Shown here in pieces: positions 39,330 to 49,681 of a stretch of 59,042 nucleotides of DNA. The notes beneath the pieces are model-generated. The model was given only the letters and a program-made list of their open reading frames with translations, searched no databases and was not told the origin of the DNA. Source of the DNA: Candidatus Beckwithbacteria bacterium CG10_big_fil_rev_8_21_14_0_10_34_10 (lineage in GTDB: Bacteria; Patescibacteriota; Microgenomatia; UBA1400); the NCBI GenBank assembly GCA_002773945.1, contig PEZT01000001.1:71565-130606 (forward strand), in the 5' to 3' direction. Every line of letters begins with the position of its first letter. The first letter of the stretch is position 1. The translations under genes were made by a program, and so were the position numbers.

Positions 39330-40532
39330 TTAAAACTGACTGGTCAGCTTATAGATCGGCGTTATTATTGATATCACAATAAAAGCTACTCCAATGCCTA
39401 ATATAACCATCATAAGAGGCTCTAAAGCGCTTGTCAAGCCTTTAATTGTTTCTTCGGCTTCTTGGTCAAATTGATTAGCCACTCTGGCTAAGACCTCACC
39501 CAGTTTTCCTGTTTGTTCTCCAACTGATACCATTTGAATTACAAAAGACGGGTATTCTTCAAACTTTTCTAAAGCCGTGGTTAAAGGAACTCCTTTTTCA
39601 ACATCTTTAGCAGATTGTTTAATTGAGTTTTCAAAAATACTATTGTTAGCCGCCTGAGAAACTATACCTAAAGCTTCGATGATGGGAACGCCAGCTGATA
39701 TAAGCATGGCTAAGGTTCTAGTTATTTGAGTTAGGCTAATCTTTTTTACTAGCTTGCCGGCTACCGGCAGTTTTAAAATAAGGGTATCGGTTTTTTCTCT
39801 CCCAAACTTAGTTTTCCGCCATCGCTTAAAAGCAATCAGGCCTCCAAAAACAGCCACTAAAATTATATACCAAAATTTGGCGGTAAACTCAGAAGTAGAA
39901 ATTAATATTTTAGTAGTAAAAGGCAGATCAGCGCTGAATTCCTCATACATTGAGGTTAATTGAGGAATAACAAAAATCATCATTATAAAAACCACCACAA
40001 TCATCCCAATCATAATGATAGCCGGATAAATCATGGCTCCTTTTATTTTCCGAGTAAACATTTGGTTTTTTTCCAGTGAGTCAGCCATTTGGGCTAGAAC
40101 TTTATCCAAATTACCAGCGGCTTCGCCACTTTTAATTAAAGATAAATAAATCTGGGTAAAGGTTTTAGGGTGTTCAGCTAAGGCCTCATAAAATGATGAA
40201 CCACCCTCAACTTGTTTAATAATTTCATTTAAAATGGTCACCACCGCTGGTTTAGATTGATCCCTAATATTACTTAAAGAGGCTGTCAGGGTTAATCCAG
40301 CATTTATCATCGTCGCTAACTGCCGAGTCATGGCGGCCACATCTTTCTGGCTTACTTTTTGAAAAACACTTAAATAGGCTAAAGCAAATTTTTGATTTTT
40401 GGAATGAAGGTTGAAGACTATTAGTTTTTTTTCATGAAGCAGTTTTAAAGCTTCTTTTGAAGATCTAGCTTCAACTAACCCAGTAATTTCTTTTCCAGTT
40501 AGGCTTTTGGCTTTGTAAGAATACTTATCCAT
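39330..40532 (-). CDS. pilC: Type IV pilus platform protein PilC (GspF family)
   Basis: RQLATMINAG, GEAAGNL, AMIYP, GEQTGKL, LEP. Confidence 0.94.
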   Translation of the reverse strand: MDKYSYKAKSLTGKEITGLVEARSSKEALKLLHEKKLIVFNLHSKNQKFALAYLSVFQKVSQKDVAAMTRQLATMINAGLTLTASLSNIRDQSKPAVVTILNEIIKQVEGGSSFYEALAEHPKTFTQIYLSLIKSGEAAGNLDKVLAQMADSLEKNQMFTRKIKGAMIYPAIIMIGMIVVVFIMMIFVIPQLTSMYEEFSADLPFTTKILISTSEFTAKFWYIILVAVFGGLIAFKRWRKTKFGREKTDTLILKLPVAGKLVKKISLTQITRTLAMLISAGVPIIEALGIVSQAANNSIFENSIKQSAKDVEKGVPLTTALEKFEEYPSFVIQMVSVGEQTGKLGEVLARVANQFDQEAEETIKGLTSALEPLMMVILGIGVAFIVISIITPIYKLTSQF

Positions 40533-40533
40533 T

Positions 40534-41598
40534 TTAGGTTTTTCCTTCGCCTAAAAGACGGGCCAATTCTTTTGGTCTTAAGCTCCAAGCTAAAGCAATT
40601 TCTCTGGAAATCCGACCTATTTTAACCAATTCTGCCAAGCTGGATTCTAAACTAATCATTCCCATTCCTTGGGATGTTTGGATCACATTATCAATTAAGT
40701 GGGTTTTACCTTCTCTAATGGTCGCTTTTACCGCTGAGGTGGCCAGCAAGACTTCACAAGCAGGAATTCGGCCACCACCCAAGGCGGGGAGAAGACGTTG
40801 GGAAAAAACTGCTTCTAAAGAGTTGGATAACTGCATTCTAATTTGAGCTTGCTGGTGTTCTGGAAAAACATCAACAATCCGGTCAATTGTCTGGGAAGCA
40901 CTATTCGTATGGAGAGTGGCAAAGACTAAATGGCCAGTTTCCGCAATCGTTAAAGCAGCCGCAATAGTTTCATAATCTCTCATTTCTCCCACTAAAACCA
41001 CATCTGGATCTTCTCTTAGGGCTGACCTTAAAGAAATAGTCCAGGAATAAGTATCATGATTAAGTTCTCTTTGAGAAATAATACTTTCTTTGTTTTCATA
41101 AACATATTCTATCGGGTCTTCAATGGTAATTATATGTTCTTTTCTCTTAGTGTTAATTTCATCAATAATAGCCGCTAAAGTACTGGACTTACCGTGCCCT
41201 GTTGGACCAGTCACTAAAATAAAACCAGATTTAAGTTGGGTAAAACGGTGACAGATTTTAGGTAAATTTAATTCTTCTATTCCTTTTATCTTATTAGGAA
41301 TAAGCCTAAGAGCCGCTCCCATCCGGCCTCTTTCAAAATAGGCGTTAACCCTAAAACGACCCCTGTCACCAAAGTTAAAGGAAAAATCAATTTCTTTGTT
41401 AGTTAAAAGAAGATTTTTTTGGGTCGGGCTTAACAATGACAAAACTAAATCTCTGGATGTCTCCGGAGTCAACTTGGTTTCCTGCTTAACCGGATAAAGA
41501 GCTCCGTCAACTCTTATCATTGGGGCTGACCCAGCTAAAAGATGAAGGTCTGACGCTTTTGATTCAACCGTAATCGCTAATAATTCTCTAATATCCAT
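40534..41598 (-). CDS. pilT: Retraction ATPase PilT
   Basis: ASDLHL, GPTGHGKSST, EDPIE, ALREDPD, AETGHLV, IREGKTH. Confidence 0.95.
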   Translation of the reverse strand: MDIRELLAITVESKASDLHLLAGSAPMIRVDGALYPVKQETKLTPETSRDLVLSLLSPTQKNLLLTNKEIDFSFNFGDRGRFRVNAYFERGRMGAALRLIPNKIKGIEELNLPKICHRFTQLKSGFILVTGPTGHGKSSTLAAIIDEINTKRKEHIITIEDPIEYVYENKESIISQRELNHDTYSWTISLRSALREDPDVVLVGEMRDYETIAAALTIAETGHLVFATLHTNSASQTIDRIVDVFPEHQQAQIRMQLSNSLEAVFSQRLLPALGGGRIPACEVLLATSAVKATIREGKTHLIDNVIQTSQGMGMISLESSLAELVKIGRISREIALAWSLRPKELARLLGEGKT

Positions 41599-41599
41599 A

Positions 41600-43318
41600 T
41601 TAAGTCCTGCAAACTCTTAAAACTTCTTCAATTGTTGTTAAACCCTCCAGGGCTTTTAAATAACCATCTTCTGTCATGGTTACCATCCCGTCCTGCTTGG
41701 CCTGGGCTTCTAACTTAGAAGCGGGTGATCTTTCCAGAATCAAACGACTAATTACTTGATTTACTGGTAAAACTTCAAAAATGCCAATTCTACCAGAATA
41801 GCCGGTTTCATTACATTCCGGGCATTTTCTGCCCCGGTAAAGCTTATTTCCATCCTTATTGCTGGGAAATAAAGGACCCAAATACTTTTTAATGTCTTCC
41901 ATTACTTCTGGCGGAGGAATATATTCCTCTTTACAACTAGTACAAATTTTTCTGACCACTCTTTGACCAACCACAGCTAACATGGATGAAGCCAGAAGAT
42001 AATTTTCTACTTTCATATCTAAAAGCCGAGGCAAAGCTCCAGCCGCACTATTAGTATGCAGAGTAGAGAAGACTAGATGACCTGTTAGAGCAGCCTGAAT
42101 AGCTAAAGCAGCTGTTTCCTGGTCTCTGATTTCACCAACCATAATAATATCTGGATCCTGTCTTAAAAAAGATCTTAAGCCCGAAGCAAAGGTTAAACCG
42201 GCCGCAGGATTAATCTGAACCTGATTCACTCCCTTAATCTCATATTCAACTGGATCCTCTAGAGTAATAATGTTAACCCTGGAAGTGTTAATTTTAGAAA
42301 TAGCTGAATATAGAGTGGTAGTTTTACCAGAACCAGTCGGCCCAGTCACTAAAAAAATACCATTGGGTAAATAGATTGACTCATTAATTATCTTTAAAGC
42401 CCTGCCTCTTAAACCTAAATCAGATAAGCTGACAACCCCACCGCTTTTCTTTAAAAGCCTCATCACAATCTTTTCTCCGTTAACTGAAGGAAGAGAAGAA
42501 ACCCTCAAATCTATTTCTTCATTACCTGTCCGAAAACTGAACCGGCCGTCTTGAGGGATTCTTTTTTCATCAATTTTCATCCGGGATAAGATTTTAATCC
42601 TCGATACAACCGCATCATGAACGGCTTTAGGCAAAACCAGTTTTTCATGAAGAATACCATCAATTCTGTATCTAATTCTGGTTTTATCTTCCTGGGGCTC
42701 AATATGAATATCTGAGGCTTTGGCTTTAATGGCAAACTCCAAAAGAGTAGAGACAATTTTGGCAATCGGCGCTTCTCTAATAATTTTACCCAACCCATTA
42801 ATATCAATTACCGGTGACTTAATTCCACCATTATCTGTTTCTTTTAAAGCTTTAGTAACTTCAAAGGAAAGGCTTTGAGCATAATATCTTTTAATTGCCT
42901 GAATGATATCTTCTTCCGGAGCAATCATTGGCGCAATTTTCTTCTTGGTTTTTAGTTCAATAAATTCAATTACATTTAAGTCTCCAGGGTCTTTCATTAC
43001 TAAACTCAATTCGTTTTTTTCTTTATCAATTTTTATGGGAAAACAAAGGTATCTTTTAGCCACTTCCTCAGGAACAAGATTTAAAGCCTCAGGAGAAACA
43101 CTGGTTTCCTTAAGATCAACATAAGGGATTTTAAATATTTCTGCCTTAGCTTGAGCAATATCTTTAGAAGAAGCAAAGTTATGCTCTTTAATAATATCCT
43201 CAACATTTTTACCTGTATTAAGGTTTTCTAGCTTAACTCGCTCATAAACCTGAGGATTTAATATTTTGTTTCTGAAAAGAATATCAGCAACAGACTCGTT
43301 ACTATTTTGGACAGGCAT
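41600..43318 (-). CDS. pilB: Assembly ATPase PilB (GspE family)
   Basis: ASDIHIEP, PQDGRF, GPTGSGKTTT, LRQDPD, two CxxC motifs, GYSGR. Confidence 0.95.
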   Translation of the reverse strand: MPVQNSNESVADILFRNKILNPQVYERVKLENLNTGKNVEDIIKEHNFASSKDIAQAKAEIFKIPYVDLKETSVSPEALNLVPEEVAKRYLCFPIKIDKEKNELSLVMKDPGDLNVIEFIELKTKKKIAPMIAPEEDIIQAIKRYYAQSLSFEVTKALKETDNGGIKSPVIDINGLGKIIREAPIAKIVSTLLEFAIKAKASDIHIEPQEDKTRIRYRIDGILHEKLVLPKAVHDAVVSRIKILSRMKIDEKRIPQDGRFSFRTGNEEIDLRVSSLPSVNGEKIVMRLLKKSGGVVSLSDLGLRGRALKIINESIYLPNGIFLVTGPTGSGKTTTLYSAISKINTSRVNIITLEDPVEYEIKGVNQVQINPAAGLTFASGLRSFLRQDPDIIMVGEIRDQETAALAIQAALTGHLVFSTLHTNSAAGALPRLLDMKVENYLLASSMLAVVGQRVVRKICTSCKEEYIPPPEVMEDIKKYLGPLFPSNKDGNKLYRGRKCPECNETGYSGRIGIFEVLPVNQVISRLILERSPASKLEAQAKQDGMVTMTEDGYLKALEGLTTIEEVLRVCRT

Positions 43319-43334
43319 TAATAAACTCCACTAT

Positions 43335-43362
43335 TTACAAACAGACTATAGTCTGTTTGTAA
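43335..43362. repeat. Perfect 28-bp palindrome between divergent pilB and holB-like genes
   Basis: TTACAAACAGACTATAGTCTGTTTGTAA equals its own reverse complement. Confidence 0.95.
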
Positions 43363-43409
43363 GTTTAAAACTTATTATCTACCTTCAATTATTTTAGAAA
43401 TTAGGTATA

Positions 43410-44081
43410 ATGTCAAGACAAGAAATGAATTCCATCCTAATTACAGGTTCCAGTTTAGAAACAAGACTTGAAAAGGCCAGTCAAATTGTTAAAAAATATA
43501 AACTGGATATTAATAAATTCTCTCCTGACATCTTAATAGTTAAAAGTGAAAAGTTAGTCGGCATAGAAGAAATTAGAAAAATTAAAAGCTATATTTTCAA
43601 AAAAGCCTTTCAGTCTAAAATCAAAGTCGTTATTCTTCTCCAGGCAGAAACCATGACTCTGCAGGCTCAAAATAGTTTTTTGAAAACCTTAGAAGAACCA
43701 GCTGCTAATTCCTTAATCATTCTTTTAAGTCCAGGCAAAGACTTACTTTTAGAAACTATTCAATCTAGGTGCCAACTGATTAACTTGAAACCCAAAAAAA
43801 TAGAACCAAAAAAAGACAATCAACCAATGGGTAAAATTTTTAAAAACATTATTAAGGCCAAACTAGGAGAAAGGTTAAAATTAATTGAACCTCATAGTTT
43901 AAATCGAGAAGAGGGAATTAGTTTTTGTTTAAACATGATCAATTATTTAAGAAATAATAAAAATGATTTTTCTAATAGGAAAAGGTTAAAATATTTAAAG
44001 GAATTTGAGAAAAGCTTAAAATTTTTAAATTACAATCTTAATGTTAAGTTGGTTTTAGATAATTTAGTTATTAGCCTTTAA
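43410..44081 (+). CDS. holB: DNA polymerase III delta-prime-like protein (short)
   Basis: IEEIRKI, AQNSFLKTLEEP, LLETIQSRCQ. Confidence 0.82.
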   Translation: MSRQEMNSILITGSSLETRLEKASQIVKKYKLDINKFSPDILIVKSEKLVGIEEIRKIKSYIFKKAFQSKIKVVILLQAETMTLQAQNSFLKTLEEPAANSLIILLSPGKDLLLETIQSRCQLINLKPKKIEPKKDNQPMGKIFKNIIKAKLGERLKLIEPHSLNREEGISFCLNMINYLRNNKNDFSNRKRLKYLKEFEKSLKFLNYNLNVKLVLDNLVISL

Positions 44082-44167
44082 AGTATTGACTTTTTGAATT
44101 AGGTAAAAAAATATCCTTACAATTAATCTTACAATTTACTTTACAATTATTTAGGTAATTATTTTTT

Positions 44168-46258
44168 CTATTTTACTTTCAAGCTTGAATGTCTTAAAAA
44201 AGATAAGATATAAAGCAAAAGGCTTATTCCGAGCAAAATCTTAATCCCCCAGGCATAAGAAAGAAAGCTTAAAATTCCTCCTACAGCTGAACCAATTAAA
44301 TTGCTGGCAAAAAAAGTTTTTTTATCTTTGGCTTTAACAAAGAAATTAATAAAAATTAGGCTGGCAAAAAACAAAGGTAGATTCATTATTATTGGCGCCA
44401 CAATTAGCTTAAAACCAAGAGGCAGTAGGTTTAAAGAAGACAGCGGCAAAACTATTTGAAGAAAAAAAGAGATAAAAAGAAAAATATAGGAAATTTTCTC
44501 TGGGACTCGATATTTTAAAGACATCAAATTGGCTAAAAGAATAAAAATTAAAATTGCCGAGACAGTCAATAAATTAATAATCCAAGTGTTGCCAAACAAC
44601 AAAGCGCTTTTACTAATATTTTGAAACTCATACAGCAAAAAACCGGCTCCTAAGAAAAAAGAGGGTCGGGAAAAACTACCCTTTTTGGATAACAGTTTAA
44701 TTAAACTGACAAAAATAGTCAGCAGAATTAAGGAAATAATAAGATGAATTTTAGGGACCCTGGCTTTATCTAAATATAAATAAGGCCAATCATCAGTTAA
44801 TTCTTTTTCAAAAGGCTCATATTTTAACCGGCGCGAATTAATAAAATTAGCCAGATCTTTATCTTGAGATAAAACATTTTCTAATTGGTTTATTTTCTGG
44901 CTTTGGGCAAAAACAACTCCCCCCCACCCATAAAATGGAAGTTCGTTCTGCAAACTGAAAATTAAAGGCTGATGACCAAAAACAGAAGCCAAGTTATTTT
45001 GAATTTTACTCCCTATCCAAGGCCGTTGAACATCAAAAGAAATAAAAAGCAGGCCCTCGGGTTTTAGGATTTTTTTAATTTCCATCATACTTTCCTTGGT
45101 ATACAAAAAATTATCCAGCTGAAGATTGGAAAGCGAAGAATTCAAAGTATGAGAATCAGCTAAACCCATAATAACAAGGTCATACTTCCTGGTAGTTTTT
45201 TTAAAAAAAGACCGGCCGTCATCAATTATCACTTTAACCTTGCTGGAAGCATACGGATTTTCAGGATGATATTTTTTACCCAATTTAACAATCTCTGGAT
45301 CAATTTCCACCGCCTCAATCTTTAAAACTCCCGCCCTTAAAGCTCCGGCAATATCATTGCCACCACCGGCTCCAATAATACAAACGTCTTTAGCCTCAGG
45401 CTTAAGTAAAAAGGGCCAGTCATACTGATTACTAAAACGGAGGTTAAAATTTTCCAAAGCCGACTGTTTATCCAGGGTTTTTTCCAAATTATTTCTATGC
45501 TCCTTTGACAAATCCAAAAGCCCCATATAACCAACATTATTAACTTGAATCTGGTAACCAGTCATTTGATAAATGTTTGGGGGATATTCGAAAAAAGCCA
45601 GTTTTTGGTAAGGTGACCAAATAGTATTTTTTAAATTAGTCAGAAAAATAACAATCAAAACAAAGTTAAAAATAAAAATTAAAAAAGATAAGTTTCTCTC
45701 CTTTTCAGTTACAAGACAAGAAAGAATTAGCTGACTGATAATAATTCCAATAAAGGGCGAAATTCTTAAAAAAGATAAAAGATAAAACAACCACATTCCC
45801 AGCAAGGAAAATAAAATATTTATGGTATAAAACCAAATAATCTTCTTAGATTCCTTAAAAATATTGCCCAAATGCTGGCCTAAGGGAACAAAAGTTAAAA
45901 CTAAAAGGAAAAATAAAATTATCGTTAAGCCAAGTCCAAAAAAGACTTTTAAGCTTGAGCTCCAAAAAGTTTGAAACCAAATAAAACTCTCGCTTAGGGG
46001 TGAAATTAAATTAGTAATCCCTTTAAATAAGCCGGAAATAACAATCAGACTTAGAATTAAAATTAAGCTGGAGGAAACCATTAAAGACAACTTTTTTTTA
46101 ATAAACATTCCCAAACCCGACCCCAGAAAAATAGCCAGCAAAACTAAGTTAGAAAGATAGGCAAAAATTCTTATTTCTGTTCCGATAAGACGAATAAAAA
46201 GAAGTTCTAAAAAAAGAATTAAAAAACTTATTAAAGCCAGCTTAAGGGTTATTTTCAT
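44168..46258 (-). CDS. Membrane-fused spermidine synthase-like SAM-binding protein
   Basis: TM blocks flank WSPYQK, IIGAGGGND, AVEIDP, DDGRSF, LYTKE, TDDWPY. Confidence 0.8.
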   Translation of the reverse strand: MKITLKLALISFLILFLELLFIRLIGTEIRIFAYLSNLVLLAIFLGSGLGMFIKKKLSLMVSSSLILILSLIVISGLFKGITNLISPLSESFIWFQTFWSSSLKVFFGLGLTIILFFLLVLTFVPLGQHLGNIFKESKKIIWFYTINILFSLLGMWLFYLLSFLRISPFIGIIISQLILSCLVTEKERNLSFLIFIFNFVLIVIFLTNLKNTIWSPYQKLAFFEYPPNIYQMTGYQIQVNNVGYMGLLDLSKEHRNNLEKTLDKQSALENFNLRFSNQYDWPFLLKPEAKDVCIIGAGGGNDIAGALRAGVLKIEAVEIDPEIVKLGKKYHPENPYASSKVKVIIDDGRSFFKKTTRKYDLVIMGLADSHTLNSSLSNLQLDNFLYTKESMMEIKKILKPEGLLFISFDVQRPWIGSKIQNNLASVFGHQPLIFSLQNELPFYGWGGVVFAQSQKINQLENVLSQDKDLANFINSRRLKYEPFEKELTDDWPYLYLDKARVPKIHLIISLILLTIFVSLIKLLSKKGSFSRPSFFLGAGFLLYEFQNISKSALLFGNTWIINLLTVSAILIFILLANLMSLKYRVPEKISYIFLFISFFLQIVLPLSSLNLLPLGFKLIVAPIIMNLPLFFASLIFINFFVKAKDKKTFFASNLIGSAVGGILSFLSYAWGIKILLGISLLLYILSFLRHSSLKVK

Positions 46259-46334
46259 TTTAAACTACCAATTTATTTTAATTAAAAAAGGAGAGAAATA
46301 AAAGAAGTAACCATCTTTGTTAATAAATTATTCC

Positions 46335-47042
46335 CTACATTTGCAAAAATTGTTGTTTTAGCTGAGCCATTATTATTTTTCTTTGTCGAGAGCGAAGGGT
46401 TTCACCCCCTAGATCAAAATCTATTGGCTTACCAAATGTAACAGAGATTAATCTTTGGCCTTTATTATCGCGTACTAATGAATTAAAAGAAAAGTTAGAA
46501 CCTTTAGGCATGGCATCTTCTAAGCCCCTTAGTCTTACCGGAATTACCGGCCTACCAGTTCTTAAAATTAATTCTGCCATACCGGTTCTAAGATTTCTTT
46601 CACTTAAGGGAAGAGAAGATCGAGTTCCTTCAGGAGAAATAACAATTGAAAAACCTTCCTCTAAATATCGGATTGCTGATTTTAGACCTGATTCTATTCC
46701 TTTCAAATGATCATCTCTACTAACAGGAAAGCTGTTAACTGCCATTGAACTTAAGACTGATCTTGCTTTTCCTTTAATACCGTTGTGCCAGTAATCAGCT
46801 GCCGCCGGATAAATTAATTTTTTTCTTAATTCTTGGGGAAAAGCCCTTCTAACTGCCAAGGAATCTGGATGACCGCTGTGAGGAAAAAAAGCGATTATAA
46901 CTGGCTCTCCATCTCTCATTAACTCTAGATTATTTAGTCCCTCGACTTCAAACCTCGTCAACTCGAAAAATGAGGCCGTCAAGTCTCTTATTTTTTCCAT
47001 AAATGGTTCACTTCCCGGACAAGACAAAGATTCTCTTGACAT
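46335..47042 (-). CDS. PlsC-like lysophospholipid acyltransferase
   Basis: HSGHPD (HX4D), AAADYW, SPEGTRS, VIPV, VTFGKPI. Confidence 0.85.
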   Translation of the reverse strand: MSRESLSCPGSEPFMEKIRDLTASFFELTRFEVEGLNNLELMRDGEPVIIAFFPHSGHPDSLAVRRAFPQELRKKLIYPAAADYWHNGIKGKARSVLSSMAVNSFPVSRDDHLKGIESGLKSAIRYLEEGFSIVISPEGTRSSLPLSERNLRTGMAELILRTGRPVIPVRLRGLEDAMPKGSNFSFNSLVRDNKGQRLISVTFGKPIDFDLGGETLRSRQRKIIMAQLKQQFLQM

Positions 47043-47104
47043 AAGCCTATATTGTACATTATTAAACCTTTTTTATAAATTTTTTTAGTTCTGGATAAAA
47101 AAAC

Positions 47105-47857
47105 CTAACAAGCTTTTCTTTTAACCCAATCCACAGAAGTTAAAAGGGGACCAAAAACATCATCTTTGGGAGAAACCTTTAAATCTTCTAATTCTTTTTT
47201 AGTTGGTGGTCTATTTTGGAATTTAATTCTTTTAATATTTTGAACTAAACATAAAGGGTTTTTTTCAGCCACTTCACCCATTTCTAAGACCGCTGAAACA
47301 GCTATGCCTTCAACCACATTTGCCTGAGACATTTTTACTTTTCTGCCAAATAAATCTTCTTTACCCCGATAGTCATATAAAGCTTTAAAGCCACAGTGGG
47401 AGATAGCAGTTCCAATTACCCCCCATCTTAAAGGAATTGTCTTGCTGTCAGTAATAATAACGCCTACTTTTTTCAAATGATAATTCTTTTTTAAAAAACG
47501 CCAAATTTTATTAGTTGTTTTCTGAATCCTATTTGGCCACAAAACATAACCATCATCGGCATTTGATTCATCAATGCCAGCATTAACTGCTAGGGTAGAA
47601 TTTTTAATAGTTAACATCATCTTATACTGAGAATAAGAAGGTTCAAGATAAAGGTCTGCTTCTTGACGGACTAATGAATGTTTCTCATTTCTCCCACCTA
47701 AAGCCTTCTTTACTATTCTTCCCTGACAGTAACTTATAATTTTGGAGGTTATTACTAAAACACTATTTTCAGGAATTGTCTTAATAGAATCTCTAATAAT
47801 ATCAAGAAGATTATCATTTTTTTTAACTATTGGTGTTTTAATAGCCGTCACTTTCAT
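47105..47857 (-). CDS. CofE-like gamma-glutamyl ligase
   Basis: TSKIISYCQGR, NAGIDESNA, IITDS..PLRWG, DYRGKEDLFGR. Confidence 0.82.
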   Translation of the reverse strand: MKVTAIKTPIVKKNDNLLDIIRDSIKTIPENSVLVITSKIISYCQGRIVKKALGGRNEKHSLVRQEADLYLEPSYSQYKMMLTIKNSTLAVNAGIDESNADDGYVLWPNRIQKTTNKIWRFLKKNYHLKKVGVIITDSKTIPLRWGVIGTAISHCGFKALYDYRGKEDLFGRKVKMSQANVVEGIAVSAVLEMGEVAEKNPLCLVQNIKRIKFQNRPPTKKELEDLKVSPKDDVFGPLLTSVDWVKRKAC

Positions 47858-48192
47858 AAATATTTCATTATTCTACCATCATCCTCTTCTTGGATAAAAT
47901 TTAATCGTCCTCTATAAGCGTTTATTATATAAACCATTAAATAAAAAAACCAGCCTCTGGGCTAAACTACCTAGTAAATAATTCTAGAGATTAAAACATA
48001 TATTAGCCCAATATATCAATCCAATTTATACTTTGTTAAACATAAAGTCACTGTAATATATCAGGAAGAAGAAGGTTTTGTTAAACAATTTGAGTCTGTG
48101 ATGTTTTTAAGATTGAACCAATTAATAAAGACCTTCAATAAAATTCTACGAGACATTGAACTAAACTATAAAAATGTTAAAATATCCTTATT

Positions 48193-48438
48193 ATGAGTAA
48201 AGAACAGTATGTTTGTAGAAATTGTGGCTATATTGGAGTTCCTAAAAAAGTAACTCCAGGCAGTATAATTATTGAACTTGGTTTATGGATTATAATGATT
48301 CTTCCTGGAGTTATCTATTCTATTTGGAGATCAGCTAATAAAAAAACTGTTTGTAAACAATGTAAAAGTGAAGATATTATTCCTATTAATACTCCAAAAG
48401 GCCAGGAATTGCTCAAACTCCAAACTAAAAAGAAATAA
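48193..48438 (+). CDS. Small zinc-ribbon membrane protein (CxxC-hydrophobic-CxxC)
   Basis: CRNC, hydrophobic segment, CKQC (LITAF-like topology). Confidence 0.7.
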   Translation: MSKEQYVCRNCGYIGVPKKVTPGSIIIELGLWIIMILPGVIYSIWRSANKKTVCKQCKSEDIIPINTPKGQELLKLQTKKK

Positions 48439-48637
48439 CCCTTTTTAAATATATAATTACTACAGTGTATATCAAGAAGAATGTAGCCTTGTTAAGCAGT
48501 TTGGCTAGAATAAGGGACTTTGTTAGAAACCTTTTTATCTTGAATTATTCTTACAGTTTTATGGTCAAAAAGAATCAAAATTTGTTTTAATATAAGACCT
48601 GAAATTTCTAACTATTACTAAAACTAGTTTTTGCAAA

Positions 48638-49681
48638 TTAAGCTGTTTTTAATTTTTGCTCCACATACAGTTTTATCAATGGTGCAAATTTTTGAATATT
48701 ATAAACACCTAGAATCAATTTTGTATTAGTATCTTGGTGTTTATCTGGATCAAAATCAGAAATAGTTGACCAGTCTCTATCAGGATTTGCAAATTCCAAT
48801 GTTCCAGAATATTGTCCATCTCTGTTAAATCCCCCTGTTTTATCAATGGTAAAACCTGTAGCTTCTTCAAGCTGTTTAAAATTATCTATTAAAGCCATAA
48901 TATTTTCTTTGAATAATAATTTAATTTTCCCAAAATCATCAATATCAACTTCAATAATATTACCATATCTATTATTAAATTTTTGCACTTTAGCTAAAAA
49001 TACGTCTTTATCTAACAAGTCAACACTTATTTCTGGTAATTCTGGTTTATGATGATTAACGTGGTCATTGATGGCACTAGCGACATCTTCTGCAGTAACT
49101 GTTTTCACCTGCAATATATTTCTGTGAGTTTGAGCAAAAATGCGAATACTTGATAGTTTTCCACTTTCATCATATGCTCTATGAAATAAGTCTCCTTCAT
49201 CACCTGGATATCCTTCAACTCTTCTTTTATGATCAAATATATTATTTAAAGCCCCCCCATATATTTTGTCATCAGAATATCTGTCTATTTGTGTTGAAGT
49301 TGGCTCTTGAGCTAATCTGTCCTCGTTATCTGTATTGTAATGATAGCCTCTAATTTGACTCTCTTGGCGAGCCATTCTATTTATTACTCTTTTATATCTT
49401 TCATAGACTTCTGGAGTGATACCGTCTTTAATCTGTTAGTTTAACTCTACTATCTGATCATAGATTTCCTTTTGGAAATCATATTCTCTCTGATTTTGCC
49501 TACGGATTTCTGGTAAAATCTCATTAGCATTTAAAGGGGTTACATCTTTACCTTTTATCTGCGTCACTTGCGTAAAAATATCTATTAATAAAGCGGTATT
49601 AAACAATTCATCTTCGTATTTTTTTTCATGCTGAAGTCCACCTATTTTAGTTAATTGATTATTCATTTGTTCATCAGACAT
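48638..49681 (-). pseudogene. Hypothetical ~347-aa gene interrupted by one in-frame TAA
   Basis: The 81-aa and 245-aa ORFs share a frame; the 60 nt between them are open (QIKDGITPEVYERYKRVINR); TTGACA-17-TATTAT promoter at 49756-49728. Confidence 0.65.

Noticed and set aside
47105-47857. F420 biosynthesis inferred from the CofE-like gene
   Set aside because: No other cof/fbi genes in the window; stand-alone homologs occur in bacteria without F420
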